DNA of 64,000 nt from an uncultured Gammaproteobacteria bacterium (GTDB lineage: Bacteria; Pseudomonadota; Gammaproteobacteria; UBA9214). The stretch spans positions 64,001 through 128,000 of the forward strand of contig CAVVHS010000003.1 of the NCBI GenBank assembly GCA_963748215.1, given 5' to 3'. The notes under the pieces are model-generated. The model saw only the letters and a program-made list of their open reading frames with translations. It was not told the DNA's origin and searched no databases. Below, one piece after another: positions 13,382-24,677 of the stretch (the stretch's first letter is position 1; each line of letters opens with the position of its first letter). The position numbers and the translations under genes were made by a program.

Positions 13382-16198
13382 ATGCCTGAACAGCAGCTGC
13401 ATCTTGCGGAACAGGATGACGACATCGATGCTGATTCGGTGGCCGGGACCAGTGTCTTCGATACAGAGATCGAGGGGCAGCAACTCGAGCTGATCTATAG
13501 CCAGGCCCCGGTAGCCATCGGGGCTGCCTTCCTGCTTGCGCTGCTGATGGCGGGCAGCCTGTGGCCGGTGGCGAACCACTCGCACTTGCTGTGGTGGCTG
13601 GGTGCCCAGTTTGTACAGAGCCTGTTCCGGGGGGGGCTGGTCTATCGTTACCGGCAGGCGACACAGGCCAGCCGGCAGCACCCTCGCTGGATAATGCTGT
13701 TCTTCGTCGGCACCTTCTTCGCGGGCATTATCTGGGGCTGTATCGGGCTCATCTACAGCTTTACCTGGCCGATCGAATACCAGACCCTGACGCTGATGTG
13801 CATGGCCGGCGTGCTTGCCGGCGCCATCTCGTCCTACGCGGTCAATCTTTCCATCTATGTCGCTTTCATGGTGCCGGCAATCCTGATTCCGGCCCAGTCC
13901 ATGCTGGTCTACAGCAGCAAGTTGCAGAGCAACCTGGGCCTGATGCTCATGCTGTTCGCCGGTGCGTTGCTGATGATTGCGCGGAACTACAATCACAACG
14001 CGGTCAACCTGCTGCAACTACGGCAGGAGAACAGCAACCTGCTGGATGAAATGACGGCAGCGAACAATACCCTTTCCAGGGAGGTCGCGGTGCGCCAGGC
14101 GGCCGAAAAGTCACTGCTTACCGAGCAGCGACTCTTCACCAATGGGCCGGTCGTGGTGTTCCGCTGGTCGGCGGAGGAAGGCTGGCCTATCGAGTACGTC
14201 TCGCGAGCGGTGTTCCAGTTCGGCTACGAGGCGGACGAACTGGTGCAGCATGGCCAGCGGTACACTGATCTCATCCACCCCGGTGACCTGATGCGCGTAC
14301 AGGAGTCCGAGATATTTGCCGGTCGCGATGGTCACGAGGCCGTGACGCTCGATTACCGGATTATCGGGGCCGACGGGGTGGTGCGGTGGGTCTACGATTA
14401 CACCATCCCGGTGCGGAATGACAACGGCACGGTTACCCACTTCTACGGTTACCTGCTGGATATCACCGAAAGAAAATATTCCGAGTTCGAGCAGCAGCAG
14501 GAGAAGGAGCGCGTGCAGGTCACGCTGCATTCCATTGCCGATGCGGTTATTACCACCGATGTCAATGGACAGATTGAATACCTGAATCCGAGTGCCGAGG
14601 TCATGACCGGCTGGGACTGCTCGATAGCACGCGGCCTCTCGGTCGGCCGGGTGTTCCGCCTGTGTGAGGAGAGTGGCCAGGAGTCGGTCTCGGATCCGGT
14701 CAGCCAGTGCCTGCATGGTGGACATCCGGTGAAATCCGAGGGCGATCACCAGCTAATGCGACACGATGGCGAGCAACTTTCGATCCGCTATTCCGTGTCT
14801 CCTATCCTGACAGATCCCGGCACCGCCCTGGGCGCCATACTTGTCTTTCACGATGTCACCAAGGCGCGCCATCTTGAGCATAAGGTGTCCTACCAGGCGA
14901 CTCACGATAGTCTCACCGGGCTATGGAATCGTACTTCGTTCGAGTCGCATCTTGCAGGCGCTATCGAAAGTGCCCGCAACACCAAGGACAGTCATGTGGT
15001 CTGTATCCTCGATATCGATCAGCTCAAGATCATTAACGACACCTGCTCGCACGAGTCGGGTGATGACCTGCTGCAGCGTATCGGGGCACTCCTGCAGGGC
15101 AGTGTGCGCGAATCAGATGTGATCGCCAGAATGGGCGGCGACGAGTTCGGTATGTTGCTGATGAATTGTTCGCTGGTCAGCGCGGCACGCCTAATGGAAG
15201 ACATACTGGTCGCTATCGACGCGCTGCGTTTCGCCAGCAGCGGGCGTATCTTCGAGATCAGCGCGAGCATCGGCATGGCGCAGATCAAGCAGGGCTGCAA
15301 GGGCACTACCGAGATCCTGAGCGAAGTGGACCTGGCCTGCCATGCGGCCAAGGACAGGGGCGGCAACCGTTACCACATATTCCAGTCCGAAGATGCCGAG
15401 CTCATTCGCCGCCAGGACGAGATGAACTGGGTTTCCAAGATCTCCGAGGCCGTCGACGCAGACCGCCTGGAGCTCTACTACCAGCGGATCATGCCGTTGT
15501 CGGCAGATGCCGGTCGGGAACTGCACTTTGAGATCCTGGTCAGGATGCGCAGTGAGTCAGGTGAGCTGATTATGCCCGACAGGTTCCTTCCCGCCGCCGA
15601 GCGTTACCACCTGATCACGAACATCGACCGCTGGGTTGTCACCAACAGTCTCGCATGGTTTGCGAAGCATGTTAACGTGAAAGGCATGCAGCGGCCGGAT
15701 ACCATGTCGATCAACCTGTCGGGTTTTTCGCTGTCTGATGCGAAGTTCCTTGGCCATATCAAGGGTGCCATCCAGACCTATCGGGTCCCGCCGGAGGTGC
15801 TGTGTTTCGAGATCACCGAAACGGCCGCAGTAGCCAACCTGGCCGCGGCGACGAGTTTTATTCGCGAATTGCGGCAACTGGGCTGTCGCTTCTCGCTGGA
15901 TGATTTCGGCAGTGGCCTGAGCTCGTTTTCGTATCTGAAAAACCTGCCGGTTGACTACCTGAAGATCGACGGCGAGTTCGTGCGTGAAATGGATACTGAC
16001 GAAGTGAGTCATGCCATGGTCAGCGCAATACACCAACTCGGCAGCGTCATCGGCATCCGGACCGTCGCGGAGTTCGTCGAGAATGACCGGATTATCGAGA
16101 TGCTGACCGCCATGGGCGTCGACTATGCACAGGGTTATGCTATCGCAAAACCTGCTCCGCTGGCGGAACTGGGGTGTGCCGACGAGCAATCCGCCTGA
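13382..16198 (+). CDS. Membrane-bound PAS-PAS-GGDEF-EAL diguanylate cyclase/phosphodiesterase
   Basis: About five TM helices, PAS/PAC motifs, RMGGDEF, EIL and DDFGSG EAL motifs. Confidence 0.92.
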   Translation: MPEQQLHLAEQDDDIDADSVAGTSVFDTEIEGQQLELIYSQAPVAIGAAFLLALLMAGSLWPVANHSHLLWWLGAQFVQSLFRGGLVYRYRQATQASRQHPRWIMLFFVGTFFAGIIWGCIGLIYSFTWPIEYQTLTLMCMAGVLAGAISSYAVNLSIYVAFMVPAILIPAQSMLVYSSKLQSNLGLMLMLFAGALLMIARNYNHNAVNLLQLRQENSNLLDEMTAANNTLSREVAVRQAAEKSLLTEQRLFTNGPVVVFRWSAEEGWPIEYVSRAVFQFGYEADELVQHGQRYTDLIHPGDLMRVQESEIFAGRDGHEAVTLDYRIIGADGVVRWVYDYTIPVRNDNGTVTHFYGYLLDITERKYSEFEQQQEKERVQVTLHSIADAVITTDVNGQIEYLNPSAEVMTGWDCSIARGLSVGRVFRLCEESGQESVSDPVSQCLHGGHPVKSEGDHQLMRHDGEQLSIRYSVSPILTDPGTALGAILVFHDVTKARHLEHKVSYQATHDSLTGLWNRTSFESHLAGAIESARNTKDSHVVCILDIDQLKIINDTCSHESGDDLLQRIGALLQGSVRESDVIARMGGDEFGMLLMNCSLVSAARLMEDILVAIDALRFASSGRIFEISASIGMAQIKQGCKGTTEILSEVDLACHAAKDRGGNRYHIFQSEDAELIRRQDEMNWVSKISEAVDADRLELYYQRIMPLSADAGRELHFEILVRMRSESGELIMPDRFLPAAERYHLITNIDRWVVTNSLAWFAKHVNVKGMQRPDTMSINLSGFSLSDAKFLGHIKGAIQTYRVPPEVLCFEITETAAVANLAAATSFIRELRQLGCRFSLDDFGSGLSSFSYLKNLPVDYLKIDGEFVREMDTDEVSHAMVSAIHQLGSVIGIRTVAEFVENDRIIEMLTAMGVDYAQGYAIAKPAPLAELGCADEQSA

Positions 16199-16224
16199 TT
16201 TCCCCCGCCAGTTCCCGCCACTCG

Positions 16225-16587
16225 CTACAGTCCCGCATATTGCAACAGGCCAAGCGCGATCAGTCCAGGCAGCGCCTGGATCCACAGGATCGAGCGGTTT
16301 GCGGTAATGCCGCCGAACACGCCGGCAACGACCACGCAAACCAGCAAAAACACGATCATGCTACCGCGTTGTGCGGGGGCGTACAGTCCCCACAAAAGGC
16401 CCGCTGCCAGGAAACCGTTGTAGAGTCCCTGGTTGGCGGCAAGTACAGCGGTTTGCTGTGCCTGCTCGCGTGTGAGACCGAAGATGCGCCTGCCGAGAGG
16501 TGTGTTCCAGAGCAGCATTTCCAGGACCATGAACAGAACGTGTAATACGGCGACCAGCGCGATCGAGAGTTTGACCAGGATGCTCAT
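16225..16587 (-). CDS. DUF1304-like membrane protein
   Basis: LAANQGLYNGFLAAG motif, four TM segments. Confidence 0.8.
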   Translation of the reverse strand: MSILVKLSIALVAVLHVLFMVLEMLLWNTPLGRRIFGLTREQAQQTAVLAANQGLYNGFLAAGLLWGLYAPAQRGSMIVFLLVCVVVAGVFGGITANRSILWIQALPGLIALGLLQYAGL

Positions 16588-16604
16588 TTCACGATCCTGG
16601 CAAT

Positions 16605-17624
16605 TCAGACCGTCAGCGCCGGCTCGGACATGAGTCCGGCCTGCTCGCGCAGCGCCAGGACGTGTTCTTCCCAGTAACGCGATGTATTGAACCACGGGAA
16701 TGCCAGCGGGAATGCCGGATCATGCCAGCGCCGCGCCAGCCAGGCCGCGTAATGGATGATACGCAAGGTGCGCAGCGGTTCGATCAACTGTAACTCACGC
16801 GTATCGAAGTCGCGAAACTGTTCATAGCCTTCGAGCATATCGATGAGCTGGCCTTGCATCTCGTGCCGCTCGCCGGACAGCAGCATCCACAGGTCCTGTA
16901 TGGCCGGCCCGGTCCTGCAGTCATCGAGATCGACAAAGTGCGGGCCGTTATGCGCCCACAGTATGTTGCCCGGGTGGCAGTCGCCATGCAGCCTGATTTC
17001 CATGACTTTGCCGCTGCGTTGCAGAATGGCCGTGACCTGCTGCAGCAGGTCTTCCGTGAGTGTGCGGTAGGCAAGTTCGATGTGTTCGGGCAGAAAATCG
17101 TGCTCGAGCAGAAAGCGGCACGAGTCATGACCGAAACTCTCGACGTCCAGGCGCGGCCGGTGCTCGAACGGCCGCGTCGCGCCGACTGCATGCAGACGCG
17201 CGATCAGGCGGCCTATCCATTCCCGTTCAGCCTGGCTGTTCAGTTCCGGCCAGTGCCCGCCCTGGCGCGGGTAGAGCGCGAAGCGGAAACCCGCTGCCTC
17301 GAGCAGCGAATTGCCTGCGACCTGCAGCGGGGCGATGACGGGAATTTCCTCGTCAGCCAGTTCCTGCGAGAAACGGTGCTCTTCAAGGATTGACGCGTTC
17401 GTCCAGCGCCCCGGCCGGTAGAACTTGGCAATCAGGGGTACGTTGTCCTCGATGCCAACCTGGTAAACACGGTTTTCATAGCTGTTGAGTGCCAGCAGCC
17501 TGCCATCGCTGCGAAAGCCGCATTGTTCCACGGCATTCAGGATGACATCCGGCGTCAGTCCCGCGTAATCTGCAGATTCAGATACGGTGGGCTGGTTCCC
17601 GATGAAGCGGTTGCCGGATGACAT
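16605..17624 (-). CDS. srkA: Stress response Ser/Thr kinase SrkA (RdoA/YihE)
   Basis: LNSYENRVY, KFYRPGRW, LHGDCHPGN, WHDPAFPLAFPWF. Confidence 0.92.
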   Translation of the reverse strand: MSSGNRFIGNQPTVSESADYAGLTPDVILNAVEQCGFRSDGRLLALNSYENRVYQVGIEDNVPLIAKFYRPGRWTNASILEEHRFSQELADEEIPVIAPLQVAGNSLLEAAGFRFALYPRQGGHWPELNSQAEREWIGRLIARLHAVGATRPFEHRPRLDVESFGHDSCRFLLEHDFLPEHIELAYRTLTEDLLQQVTAILQRSGKVMEIRLHGDCHPGNILWAHNGPHFVDLDDCRTGPAIQDLWMLLSGERHEMQGQLIDMLEGYEQFRDFDTRELQLIEPLRTLRIIHYAAWLARRWHDPAFPLAFPWFNTSRYWEEHVLALREQAGLMSEPALTV

Positions 17625-17826
17625 GATTCAGCTAGCCTGTATTTCCCGCCAGGATGATCCCTGCCGCATGACGAGATGTTGAATTCCGGTTTTGTATCCC
17701 TTCCATCATTTGAATCCCTCAGGTCACAGACCCGCTGCCGGATCAGAAACGCAGGTCAAGCATGGCGACATGCAACCGCCGGGTCAATGATGCGATGTGC
17801 CTGCGCGGGATATCGCCCGTGCCGGA

Positions 17827-18606
17827 TTACCGCATGCCCCTGTTTTCCTTGATCTGTTCGTAAGCCTCCTTGATCTGCTGCGTCTTCTCCGTGGCGATTC
17901 GTATCATCTCCTCGGGCAGGCCCTTGGCTATCAGTTTGTCGGGGTGGTGCTGGTTCATGAGGCGACGGTAGGCCTTTTTCACCTCGGCGTCGGATGCCGT
18001 ACGCTGCACGCCCAGCACCTCGTAGGCCTGACTCACGGGCTGCGCCCGGGGCGCGCCGGGTCGGGCGCCATGCTCCATCCTGAACAGGTGTTCGATATCC
18101 TCCCGGCTGAAGCCGAGTTGCGCGCCGATGGAGTGGAGTATCCGCTGTTCGGCGGCGTGGATGTTGCCGTCGGCCATGGCCGTTGCGATCTGGATCTCCA
18201 TGAACATCTGCAACAGGCTGTGGCGACGATGACATTCCTGCAGGAACTGGTTAAGCACGTCCCCGAGCGGGAAGCCGGATTTTTTCCCTTCGTTGAAGAG
18301 CTGTATCGCGGCCTTTTTCTGTGCGGGGCGAAGCTGCATGCGTGCCATGAGCGACTCGCTGGCGGAGATCTCGTCGGGTGTTACCCTGCCATCGGCCTTG
18401 GCGATATGACCCATCACCGAGAAGGTGGCGGCAAAGAAGGCCGCCTGCACGCGCTCCTGTTGTCCGGGATCAAAGCCGGCGTGCCGATCCGTCTGGGTGA
18501 TGCCGCGATCGAAGTTCCTGCCAAGTGCCGCGCCCAGCAGCGCGCCCAGCGGGCCGCCGAACATGTAGCCCAGTGTGCCTCCCAGCAGTGTGCCCCACCA
18601 GGCCAT
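17827..18606 (-). CDS. djlA: Co-chaperone DjlA
   Basis: N-terminal TM, TerB-like AKADGRV, C-terminal J domain with HPDKL. Confidence 0.93.
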   Translation of the reverse strand: MAWWGTLLGGTLGYMFGGPLGALLGAALGRNFDRGITQTDRHAGFDPGQQERVQAAFFAATFSVMGHIAKADGRVTPDEISASESLMARMQLRPAQKKAAIQLFNEGKKSGFPLGDVLNQFLQECHRRHSLLQMFMEIQIATAMADGNIHAAEQRILHSIGAQLGFSREDIEHLFRMEHGARPGAPRAQPVSQAYEVLGVQRTASDAEVKKAYRRLMNQHHPDKLIAKGLPEEMIRIATEKTQQIKEAYEQIKENRGMR

Positions 18607-18665
18607 CAGGACGGTGACCGCAGGCGGAGGGTCGGGGTTGCAGGCATCATGCAGGCCTGGTCCGG

Positions 18666-19067
18666 TTACCTGAAGACGGGGAGCGGGGTGGTGATATACC
18701 AGGACTTGGTGTCATCATCGTATTCCCAGACCTGGTTGTCCGTCAGGGTGTGCAGCGTCACCCCGTCATCGTGGTAGAAAACGATCCTGACCACGACCTT
18801 GACCCCGGCGTCGTCATCCAGGCTGCCTGTGCTGAGCGTATCGTATGACGTGATCCTGATATGCTCCAGGTGCTCCGTCGACTGCACCGGCTGCTGTCCT
18901 TCCGGCAGGCGGCGCATGCTGTCGGCAAGTCCGAATTCGCCCCAGCGTATCGCCTTGCTGTACCTGAACATGGCGGTTTCGAAGGTTGAGGCCTTTTTCT
19001 TGCTGTCGAACGTGGTGCATGCGCTCAGCGTCAGGATGGTCATGGTTAGCAGTAGTAAGGTGCGCAT
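18666..19067 (-). CDS. Hypothetical lipoprotein
   Basis: Lipobox LSAC after hydrophobic leader. Confidence 0.65.
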   Translation of the reverse strand: MRTLLLLTMTILTLSACTTFDSKKKASTFETAMFRYSKAIRWGEFGLADSMRRLPEGQQPVQSTEHLEHIRITSYDTLSTGSLDDDAGVKVVVRIVFYHDDGVTLHTLTDNQVWEYDDDTKSWYITTPLPVFR

Positions 19068-19214
19068 GGCGGCTTCCGCAAGCGGTGTCTGGTGTGGATC
19101 AGGGGGCATTATAACTGACCGCTTGCGGGCGTGGGTCATGCGCCGCAGCAGTGTTCGTACCCGCCGGCGGGGTTGACTGGCAGCCTGCGTTGACGGGTTG
19201 CTGCGTCTGGCGGG

Positions 19215-20633
19215 TTACTTTTTGCTGCCTGTCGCCGGCTTCAGGCGTGCCAGCAGGTTGTCGACACGGCTCATGAGTTGTTCGCGCGCCTTGCGTTCCG
19301 CCACATAGGCGGTCTCCATTTGCCGGGCCTTGGTCGCGTAGTTATCAAGCTCGCCGCGCAGAACGCCCAGTTCACGCTGCAACTTTTCGATCAGTTGCGA
19401 GTTGTCCGGCGTTGCTGGTGTTGCTGTCGGTGTACTCTGGCTGGCGGCCGGTTTGACCGGCTCCGCGGACTTGCTTTTGGCTGGAGGCTGTGCGGGAGCC
19501 GCAGCTGCCGGAGCGACTGTTGCCACGGCGGGTTTTTCCGGCACCTTCGCCTTGCTTGCCGCATCCATAACCTTGTCGGAGACGCCCTGGTTCAGGCCGC
19601 CTTCCAGTACCGAGACATTGAAACCGCGCTTGCCGAGCAGAAACGCGGCAGCAGCGCTTCTGCGTCCGGTGTCGCAATAGATGATATATTTTTTACTCTT
19701 TTCCAGCCTGTTATAGCTGTTTCGAATCGATGCCAGCGGGATATTCATGCTGTTCGCCAACGCGTTGTTCTCGTATTCCTCGGGCAGGCGCACGTCCAGC
19801 CAGATGTCCCCGCTTTTGATGGTCGAGAGCGCCATGTCGTAATTCACGTATTGCACCAGCTGTTTCTTGAGGATGTCCAGGAAATAGTGCTTGGACAGCC
19901 GCATCAGCCAGCCATCGCTGAGCATGGTTACCGTGGCATTGCGCCGGGCGTCGGATACCAGTGCATCCTCGCCGAAAGAGTCGCCGGTCTTCAGTTCGGC
20001 CAGCGGCACGTCCCAACCCTTGCCCGAGGCCAGGCGTGTGACAGAGCAGCTGCCTTCGCGGATGATATAGAAATAGTCGCCTTCGTCACCCTGGCGGATC
20101 ACCTTGTCTCCGGCGTTGTAGGTGACCGGTTCCAGCGCCTGGATGAGACGCTGGATTGACGAAGGAGGCAGGCGCGAGAAGACGTCCGACTGCAGCATGC
20201 GCGACATCCAGTCCTCCTCGTTGCCGGTTCCGAGTTTGATTGCACCCGTCTCGGTGGACTGGTCGAGGGTCAGCATAACATCCAGCAGGGTGGAATCGAT
20301 CGAGGCGATGACCGATTTGGTCGCGGCGCGTGCCGTAATGATGCGTGGCTGGCGATTGGCCAGCGGGTAACGTGCCGGATCGGTACCCGCGCTCACCACG
20401 CCGGTGACCTTGCCGCTCTTGTCGATGAAATTGACGACACCGTCCAGCAGGTAGATCGAACGATTGTCGGTGTCGCCCTCGCCGAAAAGGTAGCTGCCGG
20501 CATTCACGTCCATGATCGACAGGCTGGATGCGATTTCCTGAAAGCGGCCATCGGTCAGCGCGTTGAGTGGTATCAGGTCATGCAGGATTTCCTTGCCGCT
20601 GATTTTTCTGTCTTTCCGGTTCGGTGTAGCCAT
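19215..20633 (-). CDS. Tandem cyclic-nucleotide-binding domains plus rhodanese domain and coiled-coil tail
   Basis: QGDEGDYFYII and FGEDAL...RNATV (cNMP); LDVRLPEEY and YCDTGRRS (rhodanese); start uncertain. Confidence 0.85.
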   Translation of the reverse strand: MATPNRKDRKISGKEILHDLIPLNALTDGRFQEIASSLSIMDVNAGSYLFGEGDTDNRSIYLLDGVVNFIDKSGKVTGVVSAGTDPARYPLANRQPRIITARAATKSVIASIDSTLLDVMLTLDQSTETGAIKLGTGNEEDWMSRMLQSDVFSRLPPSSIQRLIQALEPVTYNAGDKVIRQGDEGDYFYIIREGSCSVTRLASGKGWDVPLAELKTGDSFGEDALVSDARRNATVTMLSDGWLMRLSKHYFLDILKKQLVQYVNYDMALSTIKSGDIWLDVRLPEEYENNALANSMNIPLASIRNSYNRLEKSKKYIIYCDTGRRSAAAAFLLGKRGFNVSVLEGGLNQGVSDKVMDAASKAKVPEKPAVATVAPAAAAPAQPPAKSKSAEPVKPAASQSTPTATPATPDNSQLIEKLQRELGVLRGELDNYATKARQMETAYVAERKAREQLMSRVDNLLARLKPATGSKK

Positions 20634-20774
20634 GATTCTGCCCGCTGGTGTTGGTCGAATAACAGCTGTTTGCTGCACCGACTTTATCGGCATGGCTTTC
20701 AATATATGGAGCGTGACATATGCGCCTGCCCCGGTTTTCTGTAAATATATGAACTACTTCAAATTAATGGTTGA

Positions 20775-21230
20775 TCAGCCACCGTGCTGCCGGACCTTGA
20801 GGATGACCCCGTCGGCGCCGGTCACAACGACATGGGTGCCGGCCGGCAGGTCATCACCGGTGATGCGCCAGGTGGAGTCGTCGACGCGCAGCACCCCGAC
20901 CCGGTTGCTGATCGGTTCCTGCAGCGTGAAGGTGCGACCGATGTACTGTTCGCCGCGCCGGTTGAGCGCCGGCTGGTCGGTGAACGCCGGGTTGTCGCGC
21001 TGATAGCGGCGGAACAGCGCGATGCTGATGATGGACAGGCCGGAGAAGATGATGACCTGGTACTGCCAGCCCAGCTCCGGGACCAGCAACATGACAAGAC
21101 CGACGGCCGCCGCGGCGACCGCGAGCCAGAGAAAGTAGAAGCTCGGCGCCATGACCTCGATCAGCAGCAGGATGCCGGCCAGAATCCACCAATGCCAGTA
21201 ATCGACCCGGGTTAGCCATTCCTCGATCAT
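20775..21230 (-). CDS. NfeD-family membrane protein (YbbJ-like)
   Basis: TM N-terminus, [11 protein letters not shown]; paired with SPFH gene. Confidence 0.88.
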   Translation of the reverse strand: MIEEWLTRVDYWHWWILAGILLLIEVMAPSFYFLWLAVAAAAVGLVMLLVPELGWQYQVIIFSGLSIISIALFRRYQRDNPAFTDQPALNRRGEQYIGRTFTLQEPISNRVGVLRVDDSTWRITGDDLPAGTHVVVTGADGVILKVRQHGG

Positions 21231-22153
21231 GCCTCGGCCTCTTTCCGGAATGCCGTCTTTGCCACTTCGGCGATGCCGGCGAGCGAACCGATCACGCTGG
21301 CGGCCTCCAGCGGCATCAGTACCAGTTTCTGGTTGGGCGCCGCACCGATGTCTTTCAGCGCACTGACATAGTTCTGGGCGATGAAGTAGTTGATGGCGTT
21401 GATGTCGCCCCTGGCGATGGCCTCGGACACCATGGTCGTGGCCTTGGCCTCGGCCTCCGCTCCACGTTCACGCGCCTCGGCATCCCGGAAGGCGGCCTCG
21501 CGGCGACCCTCTGCGTCCAGCACGACGGCCCGCTTTTCACCCTCGGCGCGCAGGATCTCCGACTGGCGCTGGCCCTCCGCCTCGAGAATGACGGCGCGCT
21601 TTTCGCGTTCGGCCTTCATCTGGCGTGCCATGGCATCGATCAGGTCCTGGGGTGGCTGGATATCCTTGATCTCGATGCGGGTGACCTTGATGCCCCAGGG
21701 CGTGGTCGCGGCGTCGACCACGGTCAGCAACCGGGCATTGATGTTGTCACGCTGCGAGAGCAGCTCATCGAGGTCCATGCTGCCCATCACGGTACGGATA
21801 TTGGTCATGGTGAGATTCATGATGGCACGATCCAGTCCGTTGACCTCATAGGCCGCCTTGGCAGCATCCAGGATCTGGAAAAACACCACACCATCGGCCC
21901 GAATCATTGCGTTGTCGCGCGTAATGACTTCCTGGCTGTTGATGTCGAAGACGCTCTCCATCATATTGAGCTTGTGACCGATACGGTCAACGTAGGGAAC
22001 GATCAGGTTCAGTCCCGGGCGCAGTGTCTTGCGGTAGCGGCCGAAGCGCTCAACGGTCCATTCATAACCCTGGGGCACGGTCTTGATGCCCATCATGACC
22101 GTGACCACGGCCAGTACCAGGATAATTAGCGTAAAGGTCGAAAAGCCGTCCAT
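21227..22153 (-). CDS. qmcA: SPFH/band 7 protein (QmcA-like)
   Basis: [26 protein letters not shown]. Confidence 0.88.
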   Translation of the reverse strand: MDGFSTFTLIILVLAVVTVMMGIKTVPQGYEWTVERFGRYRKTLRPGLNLIVPYVDRIGHKLNMMESVFDINSQEVITRDNAMIRADGVVFFQILDAAKAAYEVNGLDRAIMNLTMTNIRTVMGSMDLDELLSQRDNINARLLTVVDAATTPWGIKVTRIEIKDIQPPQDLIDAMARQMKAEREKRAVILEAEGQRQSEILRAEGEKRAVVLDAEGRREAAFRDAEARERGAEAEAKATTMVSEAIARGDINAINYFIAQNYVSALKDIGAAPNQKLVLMPLEAASVIGSLAGIAEVAKTAFRKEAEA

Positions 22154-22226
22154 ACCCCTTCTCCGTCTTTGTTGGTCTGCACTGAGCGGTGATTGTAAAA
22201 CAGTGGCGGTAGTGCTGTCCCGCGCA

Positions 22227-22982
22227 TCAGTCCCGTGACTCCGGGATTATCTGCCCGAGATAGGCAGGTCCCAGGAGCTGCATCTGCTGCAGGATATGGT
22301 CACGCCGCTCGAGTACATAAGCCGACGGCCGGTCGACATGCAGGCGGCGCGGGTTCGGCAGCACGGCAGCGACCAGCGCCGCCTGCTCCGGAGTCAGCGT
22401 GCCGGCGGAACGGCCGAAGTAGCGCCGTGCCGCTGCCTCGATGCCGAAGGTCCGCTCGCCGGTCTCGGCGATGTTCAGGTAGACCTCGAGAATGCGCTGC
22501 TTGGGCCAGAACACCTCCAGCAGCATGGCCATCCAGGCCTCCAGCCCCTTGCGCAGGTAGCTGCGTCCCTGCCACAGGAACAGGTTGCGCGCCACCTGCT
22601 GGGTCAGCGTACTGGCACCGCGCAGGCGCTGTCCGCTCGCATTGTGCGTCACCGCCTGCCGGATCGCCTGCAGGTCGAAGCCGAAATGGTCGGGAAATTT
22701 CTGGTCTTCGGCCGCCACCACGGCGAGCGCGGCATGGGCGGAGATGCGGTCGATGCCGACCCAGTGCCAGGTCTGTGGCTGTCCCTCCGTGAGCGTGCGC
22801 TGCAGCATGACCGCGGAGGTCGGCGGCGGCAGCCAGCGCAGTGCGATGACCGGTACGATGCTGAGCAGCAGCAGGCCGGCAACCGCGAGCAGCAGGAAAT
22901 GCCCCAGGCGCCCCAGGTGATTTGTGCGCCGCGCGCGACGGCGCCGCTTTTTCGTGCCATTTTTCCGTGCAGGTGCGCGCAT
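22227..22982 (-). CDS. mtgA: Monofunctional peptidoglycan transglycosylase
   Basis: [43 protein letters not shown]; start uncertain. Confidence 0.92.
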   Translation of the reverse strand: MRAPARKNGTKKRRRRARRTNHLGRLGHFLLLAVAGLLLLSIVPVIALRWLPPPTSAVMLQRTLTEGQPQTWHWVGIDRISAHAALAVVAAEDQKFPDHFGFDLQAIRQAVTHNASGQRLRGASTLTQQVARNLFLWQGRSYLRKGLEAWMAMLLEVFWPKQRILEVYLNIAETGERTFGIEAAARRYFGRSAGTLTPEQAALVAAVLPNPRRLHVDRPSAYVLERRDHILQQMQLLGPAYLGQIIPESRD

Positions 22983-23077
22983 ACTAGGTGAAGGCCGGTT
23001 TTTCCGGTATTGTTTCATGCGTGCCGGGAATTCGCATGCAGCGATATGCGTCAATCGCAGACATCCAGGGTAATCTC

Positions 23078-24454
23078 ATGGCAATCAGTGTTTTTGACCT
23101 GTTCAAGGTCGGTATCGGTCCATCAAGTTCGCACACCGTCGGTCCCATGCGTGCCGCCGGCATGTTCGCGCGCGGTCTGCTGGCGCGCAAGCCGGGTGAC
23201 GCATTGGCCCGCATCCGGGTCGAATTGTACGGCTCCCTGGGCGCGACCGGTAAGGGGCACGGTACCGACAAGGCGGTTATTCTCGGCCTGGAAGGCGCGG
23301 AGCCGGAAACCGTGGATACCAACAGCATACCCGCCTGGCTGGCGCGCGTCAGCGACGTCGGCCGCCTCAAGCTGCTGGGTGAACACGAGCTGACCTTCGA
23401 CGCCGTCCAGGACCTGCAGTTCTACCGGCAGAAGGCGTTGCCCTATCATCCCAACGGCATGAAATTTCATGCCTATGACAGTGACGGCAACATTATCTAC
23501 TCGCGCACCTACTATTCGGTCGGCGGCGGCTTCGTCGTCAATGAAACCGCGGCCGGTGAAGATCGCATTGTGGCAGATGCCACGGTATTACCGTTCCCGT
23601 TCACGACCGGAATGGAACTGCTGGCGCACTGCGAAGAGCAGGGCGTGTCCGTCAGCGAGATCATGCTGCAGAACGAGCGCGCCTGGCGCAGCACGGCCGA
23701 TATCCGTGCAGGCCTGCTGCATATCTGGTCGGTCATGCAGGAATGCGTGGAGCGCGGCTGCGCCACCGAGGGTGTGTTGCCCGGCGGGCTGAAGGTCAAG
23801 CGCCGTGCCGCCCGCCTGCATCGCCAGCTGATCGGCGAGAAGGAATTGCACCGGGTGCCGCTCGGCACCATGGACTGGGTCAACCTGTACGCGCTGGCGG
23901 TGAACGAGGAAAATGCGGCCGGTGGGCGGGTGGTCACGGCACCGACCAATGGCGCGGCCGGTATCGTGCCGGCGGTGATGCATTACTTCTGGAAGTTCTG
24001 CTCGGGTTACAGCGAGGATGCGATTATGCGATTTCTGCTGACGGCCGGAGCGATCGGTATCCTGTACAAGGAGAATGCCTCCATTTCGGGCGCCGAGGTT
24101 GGCTGCCAGGGCGAGGTGGGCTCGGCCTGTTCCATGGCCGCCGGGGCGCTGACCGAGGTGACCGGCGGCACACCGCAACAGGTGGAGAATGCCGCCGAGA
24201 TCGCCATGGAACACAATCTCGGCCTGACCTGCGATCCCGTCGGCGGCCTGGTGCAGGTGCCGTGCATCGAGCGCAACGCGATGGGCGCGGTGAAGGCGAT
24301 CAATGCCTCGCGCATGGCGCTGCGCGGTGACGGCACGCACTTCGTCTCGCTCGACAAGGTCATCAAGACCATGCGCGAGACCGGCGCCGACATGAAGACA
24401 AAGTACAAGGAAACCGCTCGTGGCGGTCTCGCCGTGAATGTGATCGAGTGCTGA
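23078..24454 (+). CDS. sdaA: L-serine ammonia-lyase, Fe-S dependent, single chain
   Basis: [43 protein letters not shown]. Confidence 0.96.
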   Translation: MAISVFDLFKVGIGPSSSHTVGPMRAAGMFARGLLARKPGDALARIRVELYGSLGATGKGHGTDKAVILGLEGAEPETVDTNSIPAWLARVSDVGRLKLLGEHELTFDAVQDLQFYRQKALPYHPNGMKFHAYDSDGNIIYSRTYYSVGGGFVVNETAAGEDRIVADATVLPFPFTTGMELLAHCEEQGVSVSEIMLQNERAWRSTADIRAGLLHIWSVMQECVERGCATEGVLPGGLKVKRRAARLHRQLIGEKELHRVPLGTMDWVNLYALAVNEENAAGGRVVTAPTNGAAGIVPAVMHYFWKFCSGYSEDAIMRFLLTAGAIGILYKENASISGAEVGCQGEVGSACSMAAGALTEVTGGTPQQVENAAEIAMEHNLGLTCDPVGGLVQVPCIERNAMGAVKAINASRMALRGDGTHFVSLDKVIKTMRETGADMKTKYKETARGGLAVNVIEC

Positions 24455-24509
24455 TGCATGCCGTCGGCATATGTGTCGGCCCCTGTTATCCCGCAGGTGT
24501 GTCTATCTT

Positions 24510-24673
24510 TGTAGGAGCGCTTCGCAAGGCCGCTCACGGCATGGCCCAGGCCAGTCTATCGACCGCTGCGCGGCCTCACCTTCTCCCTGCCTCCCGCGGC
24601 ACTTGTACATCCCTGTACATCGCGCGATCTTCGCCGACTAGAAAAAGATCGCGGATGAGATCTGCTCCTGCAG
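24510..24673. repeat. Degenerate GTAG-type REP pair with an internal repeat related to 29121-29210
   Basis: TGTAGGAGCG at 24510; GATCGCGGATGAGATCTGCTCCTGCA near 24647-24672; CCCTGCCTCCC and GTACATCCCTGTAC shared with the 29.1 kb region. Confidence 0.5.
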
Positions 24674-24677
24674 GAAG

